In this document: in pieces, positions 1-11,988 of the stretch | Position numbering within the stretch: position 1 is the stretch's first letter | Layout of the letters: each line of letters begins with the position of its first letter | Source of the DNA: Alphaproteobacteria bacterium | Lineage (GTDB): Bacteria > Pseudomonadota > Alphaproteobacteria > CALKHQ01 | Length of the DNA stretch: 64,000 bases | NCBI GenBank assembly: GCA_965227515.1 | Contig: CBDDFZ010000001.1 | Location: forward strand, 896,001-960,000 | Direction of reading: 5' to 3' | Made by a program: the position numbers and the translations under genes | Notes under the pieces: generated by a model | Database searches by the model: none | Told to the model about the DNA's origin: nothing | The model's input: only the letters and a program-made list of their open reading frames with translations

Positions 1-93
1 TTGGTCGAACCATCTGTGCTGATTGGAGAAATGACATTCAGCGCGTGAAATTCACGGCTTGACGTTCAATCAAGCTGCCAGTACCCATGGCAC

Positions 94-756
94 GTGAGCG
101 ACAAATCGAAAATCGAGACCGAGCTGGACTTCCTCACCGCGCTGGAGGAAGGCACGGTGGTCACCCAGATGACGCTGGCCAAGCGCGTCGCGGTCTCCGT
201 CGGCCTGATCAACGCGCTGCTCAAGCGCGCCGTCGGCAAGGGCTTCGTCAAGGCCAAGTCGGCGCCCTACAAGCGCTATGCCTACTACATGACGCCCACC
301 GGCTTTGCCGAGAAGGGGCGGCTGGTCCGCGAATACCTGGAAGCGTCGCTGAAGTTCTTCCGGTCCGCGCGGCTGGAGTACTACACACTGGCGATGCGTG
401 CGCGTGGCGCCGGCAAGAACCGGCTGGTCTTCGTCGGTGCCGGCGAGCTGGCCGAGATCGCCCTGCTGGCGGCGCGCGAGGCCGAGGTCGATATCGTCGC
501 CGTGATCGACACCACCACCAACCGGGCGAAGTTCTGCGGCCTGCCGGTGGTGCGCGATCCGGCCGACCTGAAGAATGGCGCCCTGAATGGGGCACTGAAT
601 GGCATCGACGGCGTCATCATCACCGACCGCACCCGGCCGCAGGAAGCGTTCGAGATGATGCGTACGCACTACGCCGACACCGAGATATTCACCCCGCCGC
701 TGCTGCGCATATCGCGCCGGCCGGTGGAGTTCAGCCCCAAGGTCGCCGGATCGTGA
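94..756 (+). CDS. Winged-helix (MarR-like, EPS-associated) transcriptional regulator with C-terminal Rossmann-like domain
   Basis: wHTH 'TQMTLAKRVAVSVGLINALLKRAVGKG..K..RYAYYMTPTGF.EK' followed by 'FVGAGELA'; heads a polysaccharide cluster. Confidence 0.8.
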   Translation: MSDKSKIETELDFLTALEEGTVVTQMTLAKRVAVSVGLINALLKRAVGKGFVKAKSAPYKRYAYYMTPTGFAEKGRLVREYLEASLKFFRSARLEYYTLAMRARGAGKNRLVFVGAGELAEIALLAAREAEVDIVAVIDTTTNRAKFCGLPVVRDPADLKNGALNGALNGIDGVIITDRTRPQEAFEMMRTHYADTEIFTPPLLRISRRPVEFSPKVAGS

Positions 757-778
757 GCATGCCGGCGAGAGCTAGATC

Positions 779-1279
779 ATGAAAGCCTGGTACGTCGTCA
801 GCACCCTGCCCAACCAGGAGGTTCGGGCCCAGACCAATCTGGTGCGCCAGGGGTTCCGGCCCTGGCTGCCGATGATGAAGCGGTCGCGGCGGCACGCCCG
901 CAAGCTCGACACCGTGCAGGTGCCGCTGTTTGCCGGCTACCTGTTCGTGGAACTGGACGTTGAGCGCGAGCGCTGGTCGCCGATCAACGGCACGTTCGGG
1001 GTGCGCAAGCTGTTGAGCCAGGGCGACCGCCCGGTCCCGGTGCCGCATGACTTCGTGGAGGCGCTGTCCGCGTCGCTGGACGACGACGGCACGGTGAAGG
1101 TGCCGGCGCCGGCCTTGCGCCCCGGCCAGAAGGTGCGGATGATCGCCGGCCCGTTCGTCGATTGCGTCGCCACCCTGATCAATCTGGCTTCGGCCGACCG
1201 TATTGCGGTACTGCTCAACGTGCTGGGCCGTGACGTTTCGACCGTGGTTTCGTCGCGCATGGTGGCCCCCGCAGGTTGA
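779..1279 (+). CDS. NusG/RfaH-family transcription antiterminator
   Basis: NGN domain 'WYVVST.PNQE.RA..NL..QG...PLFAGYLFV' plus KOW 'GQKVRMIAGPF'. Confidence 0.85.
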   Translation: MKAWYVVSTLPNQEVRAQTNLVRQGFRPWLPMMKRSRRHARKLDTVQVPLFAGYLFVELDVERERWSPINGTFGVRKLLSQGDRPVPVPHDFVEALSASLDDDGTVKVPAPALRPGQKVRMIAGPFVDCVATLINLASADRIAVLLNVLGRDVSTVVSSRMVAPAG

Positions 1280-1338
1280 CCGGACGGTAGAAGCGTGGCC
1301 GGCCCACGGTCCGCCGAGCGCGAGGGCGTGCAAGTTAC

Positions 1339-2355
1339 ATGGCAGTATTGGTCACCGGCTCGGCAGGCTTTATCGGCTTCCACACCGCGCGCGCGCTCTT
1401 GGACCGCGGCGACACGGTGGTCGGCGTCGACAGCATGGACCCCTACTACGATCCGGCGCTCAAGCGCGCCCGGCATGACATCCTGGACGGGCTGGCAGGG
1501 TTCAGCCGGCATGAGATCAGCGTCGCCGACCGCCCCGCGCTGGAAGCGGTGTTCGCCGAGGTCAAGCCGAAGCGGGTGATCCATCTCGCCGCCCAGGCCG
1601 GCGTGCGCTACTCGGTGGAGAACCCGCACGCCTATGTCGACGCCAATCTGGTCGGCTTCACCAACATCCTGGAATGCTGCCGGCACGGCGCGGTCGAGCA
1701 TCTGGTGTTCGCCTCCACCAGCTCGGTCTACGGCGCCAATGCACTGATGCCGTTCGAGGAGCATCACGGCGCCGGCCACCCGATGAGCTTCTATGCCGCC
1801 ACCAAACGCGCCAACGAGCTGATGGCGCACGCCTACGCCCACCTCTATGGCTTCCCCTGCACGGGCCTACGGTTCTTCACCGTCTACGGGCCATGGGGCC
1901 GCCCCGACATGGCGCTGTTCCGCTTCACCGAGGCGATCCTGGCCGGCCGGCCGATTCAGGTTTTCAACAATGGCGACATGGAGCGCGATTTCACCTATGT
2001 CGACGACATCGTCGACGCGGTGGTCGCGGTGAGCGATCGCCCGCCGGATGCCGATCCGGCCTGGGATGCGGCAAGCCCGCACCCGGCGACCGGCCGCAGC
2101 GGTGTCGCGCCCTATCGCATCTACAACATCGGGCGTGGCCAGCCGGTGCAACTGATGGACTTCATCCGCGTGCTGGAGGACAAGCTGGGCGCCAAGGCGG
2201 AACTGGAGATGCTGCCGATGCAGGCCGGCGACGTGGCCGCGACCAGGGCCAGCATCGACGCGCTGACGGCGCTGACCGGCGTGGCGCCCTCGGTGTCGGT
2301 GGAGGAAGGTGTGGGCCACTTCGTGGCGTGGTACCGCGACTATTATGGCGTCTGA
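1339..2355 (+). CDS. NAD-dependent epimerase, UDP-glucuronate 4-epimerase-like
   Basis: 'VTGSAGFIGFH', 'HLAAQAGVRYS', 'YAATK', 'RFFTVYGPWGRPDMA'. Confidence 0.9.
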   Translation: MAVLVTGSAGFIGFHTARALLDRGDTVVGVDSMDPYYDPALKRARHDILDGLAGFSRHEISVADRPALEAVFAEVKPKRVIHLAAQAGVRYSVENPHAYVDANLVGFTNILECCRHGAVEHLVFASTSSVYGANALMPFEEHHGAGHPMSFYAATKRANELMAHAYAHLYGFPCTGLRFFTVYGPWGRPDMALFRFTEAILAGRPIQVFNNGDMERDFTYVDDIVDAVVAVSDRPPDADPAWDAASPHPATGRSGVAPYRIYNIGRGQPVQLMDFIRVLEDKLGAKAELEMLPMQAGDVAATRASIDALTALTGVAPSVSVEEGVGHFVAWYRDYYGV

Positions 2356-2356
2356 G

Positions 2357-3658
<1,302 letters not shown>

Positions 3659-3662
3659 GTTC

Positions 3663-5588
3663 ATGTGTGGCGTGGCCGGGATATTCATTCCGGGCGGTGC
3701 ACCGAACGATGCGCTCCACGGCGGCATTCGCGCCATGACCGAGCGGCTGCATCATCGCGGGCCGGACGGCGGCGACACCTGGCTGGATGCGGATGCCGGC
3801 ATCGCGCTCGGCCAGCGGCGGCTCGCCATCATCGACCTGTCGCCGGCCGGCGCCCAGCCGATGCAGTCCAAGTGCGGGCGCTATGCGATTACCTACAACG
3901 GCGAGATCTACAACGCTGCGGAGATGCGTGCCCCGCTGGAGGACGCCGGCCTCTGTTTTCGCGGCCATTCCGACACCGAGGTACTGCTGGAGGCGATCGC
4001 GCGCTACGGCGTGCTCGCCGCCGTGCGTCGGACGGTGGGCATGTTCGCGTTCGCGGTGTGGGACCGGAAGGACCGCACGCTGACCCTGGTGCGCGACCGG
4101 CTCGGCATCAAGCCGCTGTACTGGGGCCCGGTCGGCGGCGACGGGACGCTGGGGTTCGCCTCGGAGCTGTCCGCGTTTGCCGCGCACCCGGCCTGGCGCG
4201 GCGAGATCGACCGCCGGGCGCTCTCCGCCTATCTGCAACTCGGCTATGTGCCAGCGCCGTTGTCGATCTGGCGCGGCATCGCCAAGCTCGCGCCCGGCAC
4301 CATGCTGACGATTGCCGCCGACGGCAGCCAGCGGACCGAGGCGTTCTGGTCTCTGCCGGCCCAGATCGCCAACCTGCGGGTGTCGTCCAAGCCGCCGACG
4401 GCCGAGATGCTGGCACCGCAGATCAAGGCCTGCATCGCGGACGCCGTGAAGTGCCGGCTGGTGTCCGACGTGCCGCTTGGCGCGTTCCTGTCAGGCGGCA
4501 TCGACAGCTCGCTGGTCGCCGCGCACATGCAGGAAGCCTCCACCCGCCCGGTGAAGACCTATTCCATCGGGTTCGAGGATGCGGCCTATAACGAGGCCGA
4601 CTATGCGGCCGCCGTCGCGCGCCGGCTCGGCACCGACCATACCGAGCTCACCATCAGCGAGGCGGCGCTGCTGGACATGGTGCCGGACATCCCGTCTATG
4701 CACGACGAGCCGTTTGCTGACTCCTCGTCGATACCGACCCATGCGCTGAGCAAGCTGACCCGCGCGGAGGTGACGGTGGCGCTCTCCGGCGACGGCGGCG
4801 ACGAGCTGTTCGCCGGCTACCACCGCTATCTCTACTCGGCGCGGGTGGAGCGGTGGCGCAACCGCCTGCCGGGCCCGGCCAGGGCGCTGGCCGCCGGCAC
4901 GCTGAAGGCGATCCCGCCCTCGGTCATTGCCGGCGTGGCGGGTGCGCGCGGGCAAGGCATGGCCGACCGCGTCACCAAGTTCGCCAATGCGCTCGCCGCC
5001 GCCGATGCCGATGCGGCGTACGGTGCTACCGTGCGCTTGTGGCACGAGGGCGACCCGGCCGACTGCCCGGCGCCGGAAGCGCCGCCACCATTGCTGCGGC
5101 GGCCGGAAGAGCGCATGCAGTATTTCGACATGCTGACCTACCTGCCCGACGACATCCTGACCAAGGTCGACCGGATGAGCATGGCGGTAGCGCTGGAGGT
5201 GCGTGTGCCGCTGCTTGATCACCGGCTGGTCGGGCTTGCCTGGCAGTTGCCGTTCGAGGCCAAGCTCAGCGGCGGTGTCGGCAAGCGCATCCTGCGCGAT
5301 ATCCTGGCCGAATACCTGCCGGCGGACCTGATCGACCGGCCGAAGATGGGGTTCGCGGTGCCGTTGCGGCGCTGGCTGTCGGGGCCGCTGCGCGAGTGGG
5401 CCGAGACGCTGGTGGCCGATACCGACTGGCAGGGCGCCTATGGGCTGGCGCCGGAGACGGTGCGGCGGGACTGGCAGGGTTTCGTGCGCGCCGGACGGCC
5501 CAATGCGCACCGCATCTGGTCTTTGCTGGCGCTGGCCGGCTGGGGCGCCGGCATGGCGTCCACCAACACGAGGGCTGCTGCCGCATGA
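3663..5588 (+). CDS. asnB: Asparagine synthase (glutamine-hydrolysing)-family amidotransferase
   Basis: N-terminal MCG, 'HRGPD', 'NGEIYN', 'LSGGIDSS', 'SGDGGDELFAGY'. Confidence 0.9.
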   Translation: MCGVAGIFIPGGAPNDALHGGIRAMTERLHHRGPDGGDTWLDADAGIALGQRRLAIIDLSPAGAQPMQSKCGRYAITYNGEIYNAAEMRAPLEDAGLCFRGHSDTEVLLEAIARYGVLAAVRRTVGMFAFAVWDRKDRTLTLVRDRLGIKPLYWGPVGGDGTLGFASELSAFAAHPAWRGEIDRRALSAYLQLGYVPAPLSIWRGIAKLAPGTMLTIAADGSQRTEAFWSLPAQIANLRVSSKPPTAEMLAPQIKACIADAVKCRLVSDVPLGAFLSGGIDSSLVAAHMQEASTRPVKTYSIGFEDAAYNEADYAAAVARRLGTDHTELTISEAALLDMVPDIPSMHDEPFADSSSIPTHALSKLTRAEVTVALSGDGGDELFAGYHRYLYSARVERWRNRLPGPARALAAGTLKAIPPSVIAGVAGARGQGMADRVTKFANALAAADADAAYGATVRLWHEGDPADCPAPEAPPPLLRRPEERMQYFDMLTYLPDDILTKVDRMSMAVALEVRVPLLDHRLVGLAWQLPFEAKLSGGVGKRILRDILAEYLPADLIDRPKMGFAVPLRRWLSGPLREWAETLVADTDWQGAYGLAPETVRRDWQGFVRAGRPNAHRIWSLLALAGWGAGMASTNTRAAAA

Positions 5589-6595
5589 GCTATACGAACT
5601 CCGCCTACGACCGGGACATCGGTGCCGAGGGCCGGCAGGCGGACGAAGGCGCCGTGCGCCGGATGTACGAGCACGCGCCCTACCCGGACTTGGGCGCGAA
5701 CCTGAAGGACGCCGCGTCGTTCTTCGCGCCTGTTGTGGCGCGTTACGGCGCGCGGGCCGACCGCCTCAGCTTCATCGATGTGGGCTGCGGCACCGGCCAC
5801 CTGCTGGTCGGCGCGGCGAAGGCGTTCCCCGGCTGGACCTGCCATGGCGTGGACCTGTCGCAGGCATCCCTGGATGTCGCCCGGCAACTGGCCGACAAGC
5901 ATGGCGCGACGGTGGAACTGGCGCGCGCGAGCTACCTCGACCCGCTGCCGTTCGAGACCAAGACGTTCGACCTGATTTCGGCCCAGGGCACGATCCACCA
6001 TGCCGCCGACCCGGCCGGCGCGCTCGGCCGGCTGCGCGAGGTGCTGGCCGACGACGGCTATCTCTCGATGCACCTCTACGGCTGGCGGCTGGACCGCGGC
6101 AAGTTCGAGGTCAAGGAGATGCTGTCGATCCTGGAGCCGGACCTGTTCGCCCACGACACGCGCTTTAAGCGCTATCGCGAGCTGATGGCCTACCGCAACC
6201 GCTGGACGCTGCGCCGCCTCGCCGCGATATCCCCGCTCGACATCTATGTCGGCCTGAAGACGGCATTGCGCAACGCGCGCCGCCGCCGCCGGGGCCAGAG
6301 CTGGTCGCCGCCGTGGACCGACGACTACACCAAGGTCGACGCGCCGTGGATCGACCATTTCTGCCATCCGTGCGAGCGCGCCTATGAGGTGCCCGACGTC
6401 GAACGGCTGGTGCGCGACAGTGGTTTCGAGGTGGTGGAGATGCGCACCCAGGGCCGGCCCGACGAGCGCTGGCTGCCGCCGGAATGGCGCGCGCAGTTCC
6501 GCAGCCTGGACCCGTGGCAGCAGTATCGCCTGATGGAGTTGCTGTCGCCGTCTGAGACGTCGTTCAACATGGTGCTGAAGAAGGCGGGCGTTTAG
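5585..6595 (+). CDS. Class I SAM-dependent methyltransferase
   Basis: 'IDVGCGTG' motif I, N-terminal 'YEHAPYP'; ATGA overlap with the asnB stop. Confidence 0.8.
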   Translation: MSYTNSAYDRDIGAEGRQADEGAVRRMYEHAPYPDLGANLKDAASFFAPVVARYGARADRLSFIDVGCGTGHLLVGAAKAFPGWTCHGVDLSQASLDVARQLADKHGATVELARASYLDPLPFETKTFDLISAQGTIHHAADPAGALGRLREVLADDGYLSMHLYGWRLDRGKFEVKEMLSILEPDLFAHDTRFKRYRELMAYRNRWTLRRLAAISPLDIYVGLKTALRNARRRRRGQSWSPPWTDDYTKVDAPWIDHFCHPCERAYEVPDVERLVRDSGFEVVEMRTQGRPDERWLPPEWRAQFRSLDPWQQYRLMELLSPSETSFNMVLKKAGV

Positions 6596-6620
6596 CACCT
6601 TCCTGCAACCAACCACCAAC

Positions 6621-6799
6621 TCGTCGCCCTCGCCCTTGTGGCGAGGGCCCATTCGTAAGCAATGTCAGGTATGTGCGATCTTCGCACATCGTCGATGCAG
6701 CAAGGTCCTTCGGTGACTGCCACAGTGCTCCGAGAACGGCCGTCAACCATTGGCATGTCGGACATAAATGGGTCCTCGCCACAAGGGCGAGGACGACGA
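6621..6799. repeat. REP/MITE-like element family A, copy 1
   Basis: Arms tcgtcgccctcgcccttgtggcgagggcccatt / aatgggtcctcgccacaagggcgaggacgacga; recurs at 22423 and 45510. Confidence 0.85.
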
Positions 6800-6896
6800 T
6801 AAGGAGCAGTGATCGTTGTTCGGAACTGTCAGCATGCCGGTCGGCACGGCGCCGTAGGCGGTTCGCGATGACGAGTAGCGTTGGTGTGACCCTTGC

Positions 6897-7778
6897 CTAC
6901 CCCGCCGGCGGTGGGGCCACCGTCGTGGTCTGCTTGATCCGGCTTTCGCGGTAGGCGATGTAGATCGAGCTGGCGAAGATCACCGCGCCGCCGATCCAGG
7001 CATAGGGGCTTGGCACCTCGTTCAGCACCAGGTAGCCGAGCACGCTGGCCCAGACGATCTTCAGGAAATCGAACGGCATCACGGCGGTGGCGTCGGCGCG
7101 GCGCAGCGCCTCGGCCAGGGTGAACTGGGCGCAGTTGCCCAGGATCGCGATCACCACCAGCCAGCCCATCTGCGGCCATGTCGGCCAGTCCCAATAGACC
7201 AGGGCCGGCACCAGGATCAGCACGGTCATCATGGCCGACGAGTAGGCGGTGATGGTGGCGCTGTCGGCGTATTGGGTCAGGCGCTTGATCACCAGCATCG
7301 ACACCGCCCAGATCAGCGCCGACGTCAGGGTGAGGTAGGGGCCCAGTTCCATCGGGCCGAAGCCGGGCCGCAGCACGACTAGCACGCCGGCGAAGCCCAG
7401 CACCAGGGCGACGATGCGGCGCGACCGCCACTTCTCGCCCAGGAACAGCCAGGCACCGGCGGCAGCGAACAGGGGTGCTGTGAACATCAGCGAGGTGACG
7501 GTGGTCAGCGGCGTCATGCTCAGCGCGGCAAAGAACGACAGCATGGCAGCCGTGTTCATGAACGCGCGCACCCCGATCAGCTTCAGCCCCTTGCCGCGCG
7601 GCACCGGCACCCGTCTCGGGATCAGCCAGGCGAACAGGAACATCGCCCCCAGCCCGCAGCGGAAGAACGCGACCACGAACGGATGCAGTTCCTGCACCGC
7701 AGTCAGTTCACGCACGCATACGTGCATCAGCGAGAACGAGATCGTGCTCGCGATCATAAAGGCCAAGGCTGCGAGCAT
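6897..7778 (-). CDS. DMT/EamA-family transporter
   Basis: About 10 hydrophobic segments, 'FTAPLF..LFLGE', 'EVPS..WIG..IFAS'. Confidence 0.85.
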   Translation of the reverse strand: MLAALAFMIASTISFSLMHVCVRELTAVQELHPFVVAFFRCGLGAMFLFAWLIPRRVPVPRGKGLKLIGVRAFMNTAAMLSFFAALSMTPLTTVTSLMFTAPLFAAAGAWLFLGEKWRSRRIVALVLGFAGVLVVLRPGFGPMELGPYLTLTSALIWAVSMLVIKRLTQYADSATITAYSSAMMTVLILVPALVYWDWPTWPQMGWLVVIAILGNCAQFTLAEALRRADATAVMPFDFLKIVWASVLGYLVLNEVPSPYAWIGGAVIFASSIYIAYRESRIKQTTTVAPPPAG

Positions 7779-7839
7779 GCGTTCTCCGGATCGGCGGGGC
7801 GCCGAGCTTACCAGTCAGGCGATGAGCTGTGGCCTGCAA

Positions 7840-8718
7840 TTATCTTCTGGCAGCCCTGCGGCCGACAACGCTCTCGCGGTAGTACATGTAGACACCGCTG
7901 ACCACGATCACGCCGCCGCCGATCAGCGTCCAGTGGTTCGGCACCTCGCCGAACACGATCAGCCCGCCGAGCGTGCCCCAGATCAAATGCACGTACAGGA
8001 ACGGCGCCAGGTTGGAGGCGCTGCCGTGCCGATAGGCGTAGATCAGGAAATAGTGGCCGCCGGTCGCCAGCACCGCGAAGCCGAAGAAGCTCAGCCAGTG
8101 CACCAGGTCGGGCGGCACCCACACGAACGGCATGTAGACGCTGTAGGCGGCCGAGCCCACGGCGGTCGACCAGAACAGCACGCAGATCGGGTCGGTGTTG
8201 TCGCGCATGGCGCGGGTGATGATGATGACGAGCGCATAGAAGAACGCCACCGCCAGCGGCGCCAGCACGATCAGGCCCAGATCGTCGGACTGCGGCTGCA
8301 CCACCAGCAGCATGCCGACGAAGCCGAACCCGACAGCAGCCCAGCGGCGCGGGCCGACGTGCTCGCGCAGCAGCGGCACCGACAGCGCGGTCATGATCAG
8401 CGGCGAGACGTACTGGATCGAGAGCGCCGTTGACAGCGGCATCCGGCTGATGGCGGTGAAGAACAGGCCGGTGCAGATGGTGAGCAGGATGCCGCGCGCG
8501 AACGCCAGGCGCGGCTGGCGCGGCCACCAGCCATGGTCCGGGTGCGGCTTGCGCAGCACCATCAGCGCGGTGATCGACAGCAGGCTGAACGTGAACCGCG
8601 CCCAGATCACCACGTCGATGGGCAGGTCGCGCGACAGCGCCTTTGCCAGCACTTCCATGCCGGCAAAGCACGCCGTTGCCATGACGACCAGCAGGATGCC
8701 GCGGGTGGCGGCGGTCAT
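7840..8718 (-). CDS. DMT/EamA-family transporter
   Basis: 'SPLIMTALSVPLLREHVGPRRW', 'FGEVP..WTLIG'. Confidence 0.85.
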   Translation of the reverse strand: MTAATRGILLVVMATACFAGMEVLAKALSRDLPIDVVIWARFTFSLLSITALMVLRKPHPDHGWWPRQPRLAFARGILLTICTGLFFTAISRMPLSTALSIQYVSPLIMTALSVPLLREHVGPRRWAAVGFGFVGMLLVVQPQSDDLGLIVLAPLAVAFFYALVIIITRAMRDNTDPICVLFWSTAVGSAAYSVYMPFVWVPPDLVHWLSFFGFAVLATGGHYFLIYAYRHGSASNLAPFLYVHLIWGTLGGLIVFGEVPNHWTLIGGGVIVVSGVYMYYRESVVGRRAARR

Positions 8719-11700
8719 TGGGCGTCCGGTTCAGAATCCGGGTCGGAGGACGGCGTTCGACCGTCGCCGATGAGCAGCCATTGCATGCGGCCGGGGCCGG
8801 TGTTCGCGCCGTCGACGGCGGTCGCCGGGTCGCTTGTGCCATCTGTCGGCACGATGGAGGGCAGGACGCCGTCGTCGGGCGCGTCGCCGCCCATCGGAAT
8901 GACCGCCGCGTTGGCCCCCAGTGCCAGCAGCATCAGCGCCAAGTCACCGGCGACGCGCGGGCTCTCCGGCGGCAGCGCTGCCCACTGGCCCGTGACGTCG
9001 CCGAGTGCGGCCAGCACCGGCGGCCAGCCGCCCTCGCCCGGCGGCGGCAGTTCGGTCCAGCCGGCGGAGGCTGCGCCGCGGCGGGTCGCGCGCCAGTGCG
9101 TCAGCGATGGCACCAGACTGGCGCCGACCGGCAGCCGGCGCAGCGTGTCCAGGGTCGCCGGCAGGTCGGCCCAATAGGACGGACCGGCGGCCACGAAGAT
9201 GTGGGCGGCACCGTCGAGCGCGTCCGTCAGTGCGGCGCGGTCGACCCCGAACGGCCCTCCGTCGCCGTCCTCCGGCATCAGCACGTGCAACGCATCCGGG
9301 CGGATCACCCACACCACACCGGTGCCCGACACACCTTCGCCGACCGCCATCATCAGCGCCTCGTCGCCTGCCATGGCCCGCCGCAGCCGCCAAAGTGCCA
9401 CCGGCCTGGCCGTCACCAAGGTCGTCAGCAGGGGCGACTGGCCCTCTAGTGCGTCATTGGCGGCGGCGACGCGGGCAAGCGCGTCGTCGCGGCCGGCCGC
9501 CAACGCGTCCATGGTGGCGGAGACGCGAAAGCGCGGCAGGACCGCGTATTCGGCCATGAGCTGCCGGTCGAGCTGGTGCCATCGCGCCACCGCGTCGGCA
9601 CGCTCGGCCAGCCCCGATGCGGCCGCATTGCCGCGCGCCGCCAGCACCGGCACCAGCCGGTCGACGACAGTGGCGGACAGCCGCTGGCTGGTCGCGATCT
9701 GCGCGGCGGCCAATGCGTTGGCGTGCGCGCTCAGGTCCGAGGTCTCGTCCTCCACCGCCGTGCGGGCGAGCGCGATGGCGATGTCGGCGGTCTCGCGGGC
9801 CAGACCGTCGCTGGCGAGCCCGTGGGTCAGAGCGGCTTCGGCCGCGCGCAGGGCGGTGTCGAAACGCTGCCGGGCAACGGTGCGCGCGCCGTCGTCCGCC
9901 GCAAGTGCCGCCTGCCCGGAGACGGCCGCGACCATCAGCGGGTGCTGGCTGCCGAGCGACAGGCCGATGGCGGTCTGGGCGACGGCGAACAGCGGCTCGG
10001 CCCGCACCGGTTGCCCGTCGCGGGCCAGCAGCCGCGCCAGCATCGTCGCCGCTTGCCCGAGCTGCGGGGTGTTGGGCCCGTAGGTCGCCTCGATGGCGTC
10101 CAGCATCGCGCGCTGGGCCGCGATCGCACCGACCCGGTTGCCGGTGGACTGGGCCAGGGCGACGCGGGCGCGGTAGGCGGCGATCAACGCGCTGTCGTCG
10201 GTCGACCGGTCGTCGATGGCGATGGCTTCGGCCATCCGCACCAGCCGGCCGGCATGGACCGGCTGGTCCAGCGCCAGCCAGTGCTGCGCCAGTTGCGCCG
10301 CCAGCGATGCCGCCACCGGCGCCGGCAGCACCAACTCGGCATCGGGCACCCGCTGGCCGCTCTCGTCGTAGATGCGGCTCAGGTCGCGTTCGACCGCGGT
10401 CATCACCAGGTCGGCCTGCACCGGATCGCTGGCCAGCCGCAGCGCCTGGGCGAAGGTGATCAGGGCGGTCAGGCGCAGGTCGCTCTGCGGGTCGGTGTCG
10501 TTGGACACCAGGCTGACCGCGGCGCGCGCCGCCTCGACCGCGACGTCGGCGCGGCCGACGATCAGCGCCAGCCGCGCCCCGGTCGCCAGCACGGCGGCAC
10601 GCTCGCGGCGCAGGGCGACGTCCTTGCCGTCCACTTCCATGGCCAGCGCCAGCGCATCGCCGGCGACCTCGTTGGCGCGGGAGAGGCGGCCGAGCGCGCT
10701 GAGCGCGGTGGCGTACTGGCGCATGGCGTGCAGGCGCAGCAGCGGGTCGTCGATACCGGCGGTGTCGATGCGGGCGACGATCTGGCCCAGCAGGGCCTCG
10801 GCATCCGGCATGTTGCCGCGCTTCAGCTCGTAGTCGGCCAGCCTGAGCTGTGCCGCCACCGCGCGGTTCACGTCGCCGCTGGCCAACGCCTGCGCCATCA
10901 GGCGGCGGGCGGCACCGACCGCGGCCTCCACGTCCAACGCCTGCACCCGCGCCTCGGCCAGCATGTCCCGCGCCGCCAGTGCCTCCGGCGCATCGGCCCG
11001 GGCTAGCACCACGACGGCGGGTTCCAGCAGGTCGACGGCATCCGGCGCCAGCCCGTTCAGCATCAGGGTCTCGGCATACTCGAACGCCAGCCGCGCGGCG
11101 GCCGGATGGGCGGCGCCGAAGCCGGTGCGCAGAGCGTTCAGCGCATCGTCATAGAGGCTGAGCGCCTCGGTCACGTCGTCGGTCAGCCAGGCCAGCGTCG
11201 CGGCGGCCTGCCCGGTCGCCGGGTGCACCGGCCCCCAGATGGCGTCGAAGATCGCCAGCGCCTGGCGCGTGTCCGCTTCCGCCTGCTCCAGATCGTCGAT
11301 GGCGATGTACTGGTTGGCGCGGCCCATGAAGGCATTGCCGGCAAAGTTGTTGTCCAGGCCCTCGCCGGCCTCGCTGCGGGCGATCGCCTCGTCGTAGAGC
11401 GCGATCGCCGCTTCGGTGTCGCCGCGTTCCGCCGCCAGCGTCGCCTGTCCGGTAATCGCATCGACGGTGCGCCAATGGTTCGGCCCCAGCGCGTCTTCGA
11501 ACAGCGCGCGCGCCCGGTCGTAGTGGGCCGCGGCAGCATCGAAATCGCCGGCCAGCGTGTGCGCCTTGGCAAGCTGCAGCAGCAGGAAGCCGGTGGTCTC
11601 GGGCTGGTCGCCGAATGCCTCCTCGCTCAGCGCCAGCGCAACCTCGCCAACCTCCGCCGCCGCCGCGAAATCGCCGGCCTGGAACAGGTCGCGGAACGCG

Positions 11701-11804
11701 GCCACCTGGTCGCGCAGCTGCACGTCGGGGGGCACTTCCGGGGTGTCCTGCGCCACGGCACCGCCTGCGGCGAGGCAAAGTGCGACCAACAGCGCGGATG
11801 CCAT
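8715..11804 (-). CDS. Secreted tetratricopeptide-repeat protein with degenerate CHAT-like C-terminus
   Basis: Signal peptide 'MASALLVALCLAAGGAVA'; TPR-like units '..LGPNHWRT', 'WGPVHPAT', 'LGSQHP'; start inferred within the longer ORF 8715..12068. Confidence 0.7.
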   Translation of the reverse strand: MASALLVALCLAAGGAVAQDTPEVPPDVQLRDQVAAFRDLFQAGDFAAAAEVGEVALALSEEAFGDQPETTGFLLLQLAKAHTLAGDFDAAAAHYDRARALFEDALGPNHWRTVDAITGQATLAAERGDTEAAIALYDEAIARSEAGEGLDNNFAGNAFMGRANQYIAIDDLEQAEADTRQALAIFDAIWGPVHPATGQAAATLAWLTDDVTEALSLYDDALNALRTGFGAAHPAAARLAFEYAETLMLNGLAPDAVDLLEPAVVVLARADAPEALAARDMLAEARVQALDVEAAVGAARRLMAQALASGDVNRAVAAQLRLADYELKRGNMPDAEALLGQIVARIDTAGIDDPLLRLHAMRQYATALSALGRLSRANEVAGDALALAMEVDGKDVALRRERAAVLATGARLALIVGRADVAVEAARAAVSLVSNDTDPQSDLRLTALITFAQALRLASDPVQADLVMTAVERDLSRIYDESGQRVPDAELVLPAPVAASLAAQLAQHWLALDQPVHAGRLVRMAEAIAIDDRSTDDSALIAAYRARVALAQSTGNRVGAIAAQRAMLDAIEATYGPNTPQLGQAATMLARLLARDGQPVRAEPLFAVAQTAIGLSLGSQHPLMVAAVSGQAALAADDGARTVARQRFDTALRAAEAALTHGLASDGLARETADIAIALARTAVEDETSDLSAHANALAAAQIATSQRLSATVVDRLVPVLAARGNAAASGLAERADAVARWHQLDRQLMAEYAVLPRFRVSATMDALAAGRDDALARVAAANDALEGQSPLLTTLVTARPVALWRLRRAMAGDEALMMAVGEGVSGTGVVWVIRPDALHVLMPEDGDGGPFGVDRAALTDALDGAAHIFVAAGPSYWADLPATLDTLRRLPVGASLVPSLTHWRATRRGAASAGWTELPPPGEGGWPPVLAALGDVTGQWAALPPESPRVAGDLALMLLALGANAAVIPMGGDAPDDGVLPSIVPTDGTSDPATAVDGANTGPGRMQWLLIGDGRTPSSDPDSEPDAQ

Positions 11805-11988
11805 TGTGCGGGCGGATCGGGCCTTGCGCTCGACCGCTTTGGCGACGATGTTAGGCGCCGTCTTTGCGCGTGGTCCGCCCGGCACCCGGGTGTGGCTGCC
11901 GACCGGCGCACTGCACGATCTGCGCAAACAACAAATCGAAGTCCGCGCCAGGTTTGGGCGCAGCGACCTTACGGAGGGGAGACGGGAT

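Noticed and set aside
574-603. 12-bp repeat encoding NGAL-NGAL-NG in the regulator
   Set aside because: Small in-frame duplication with no evident functional signal
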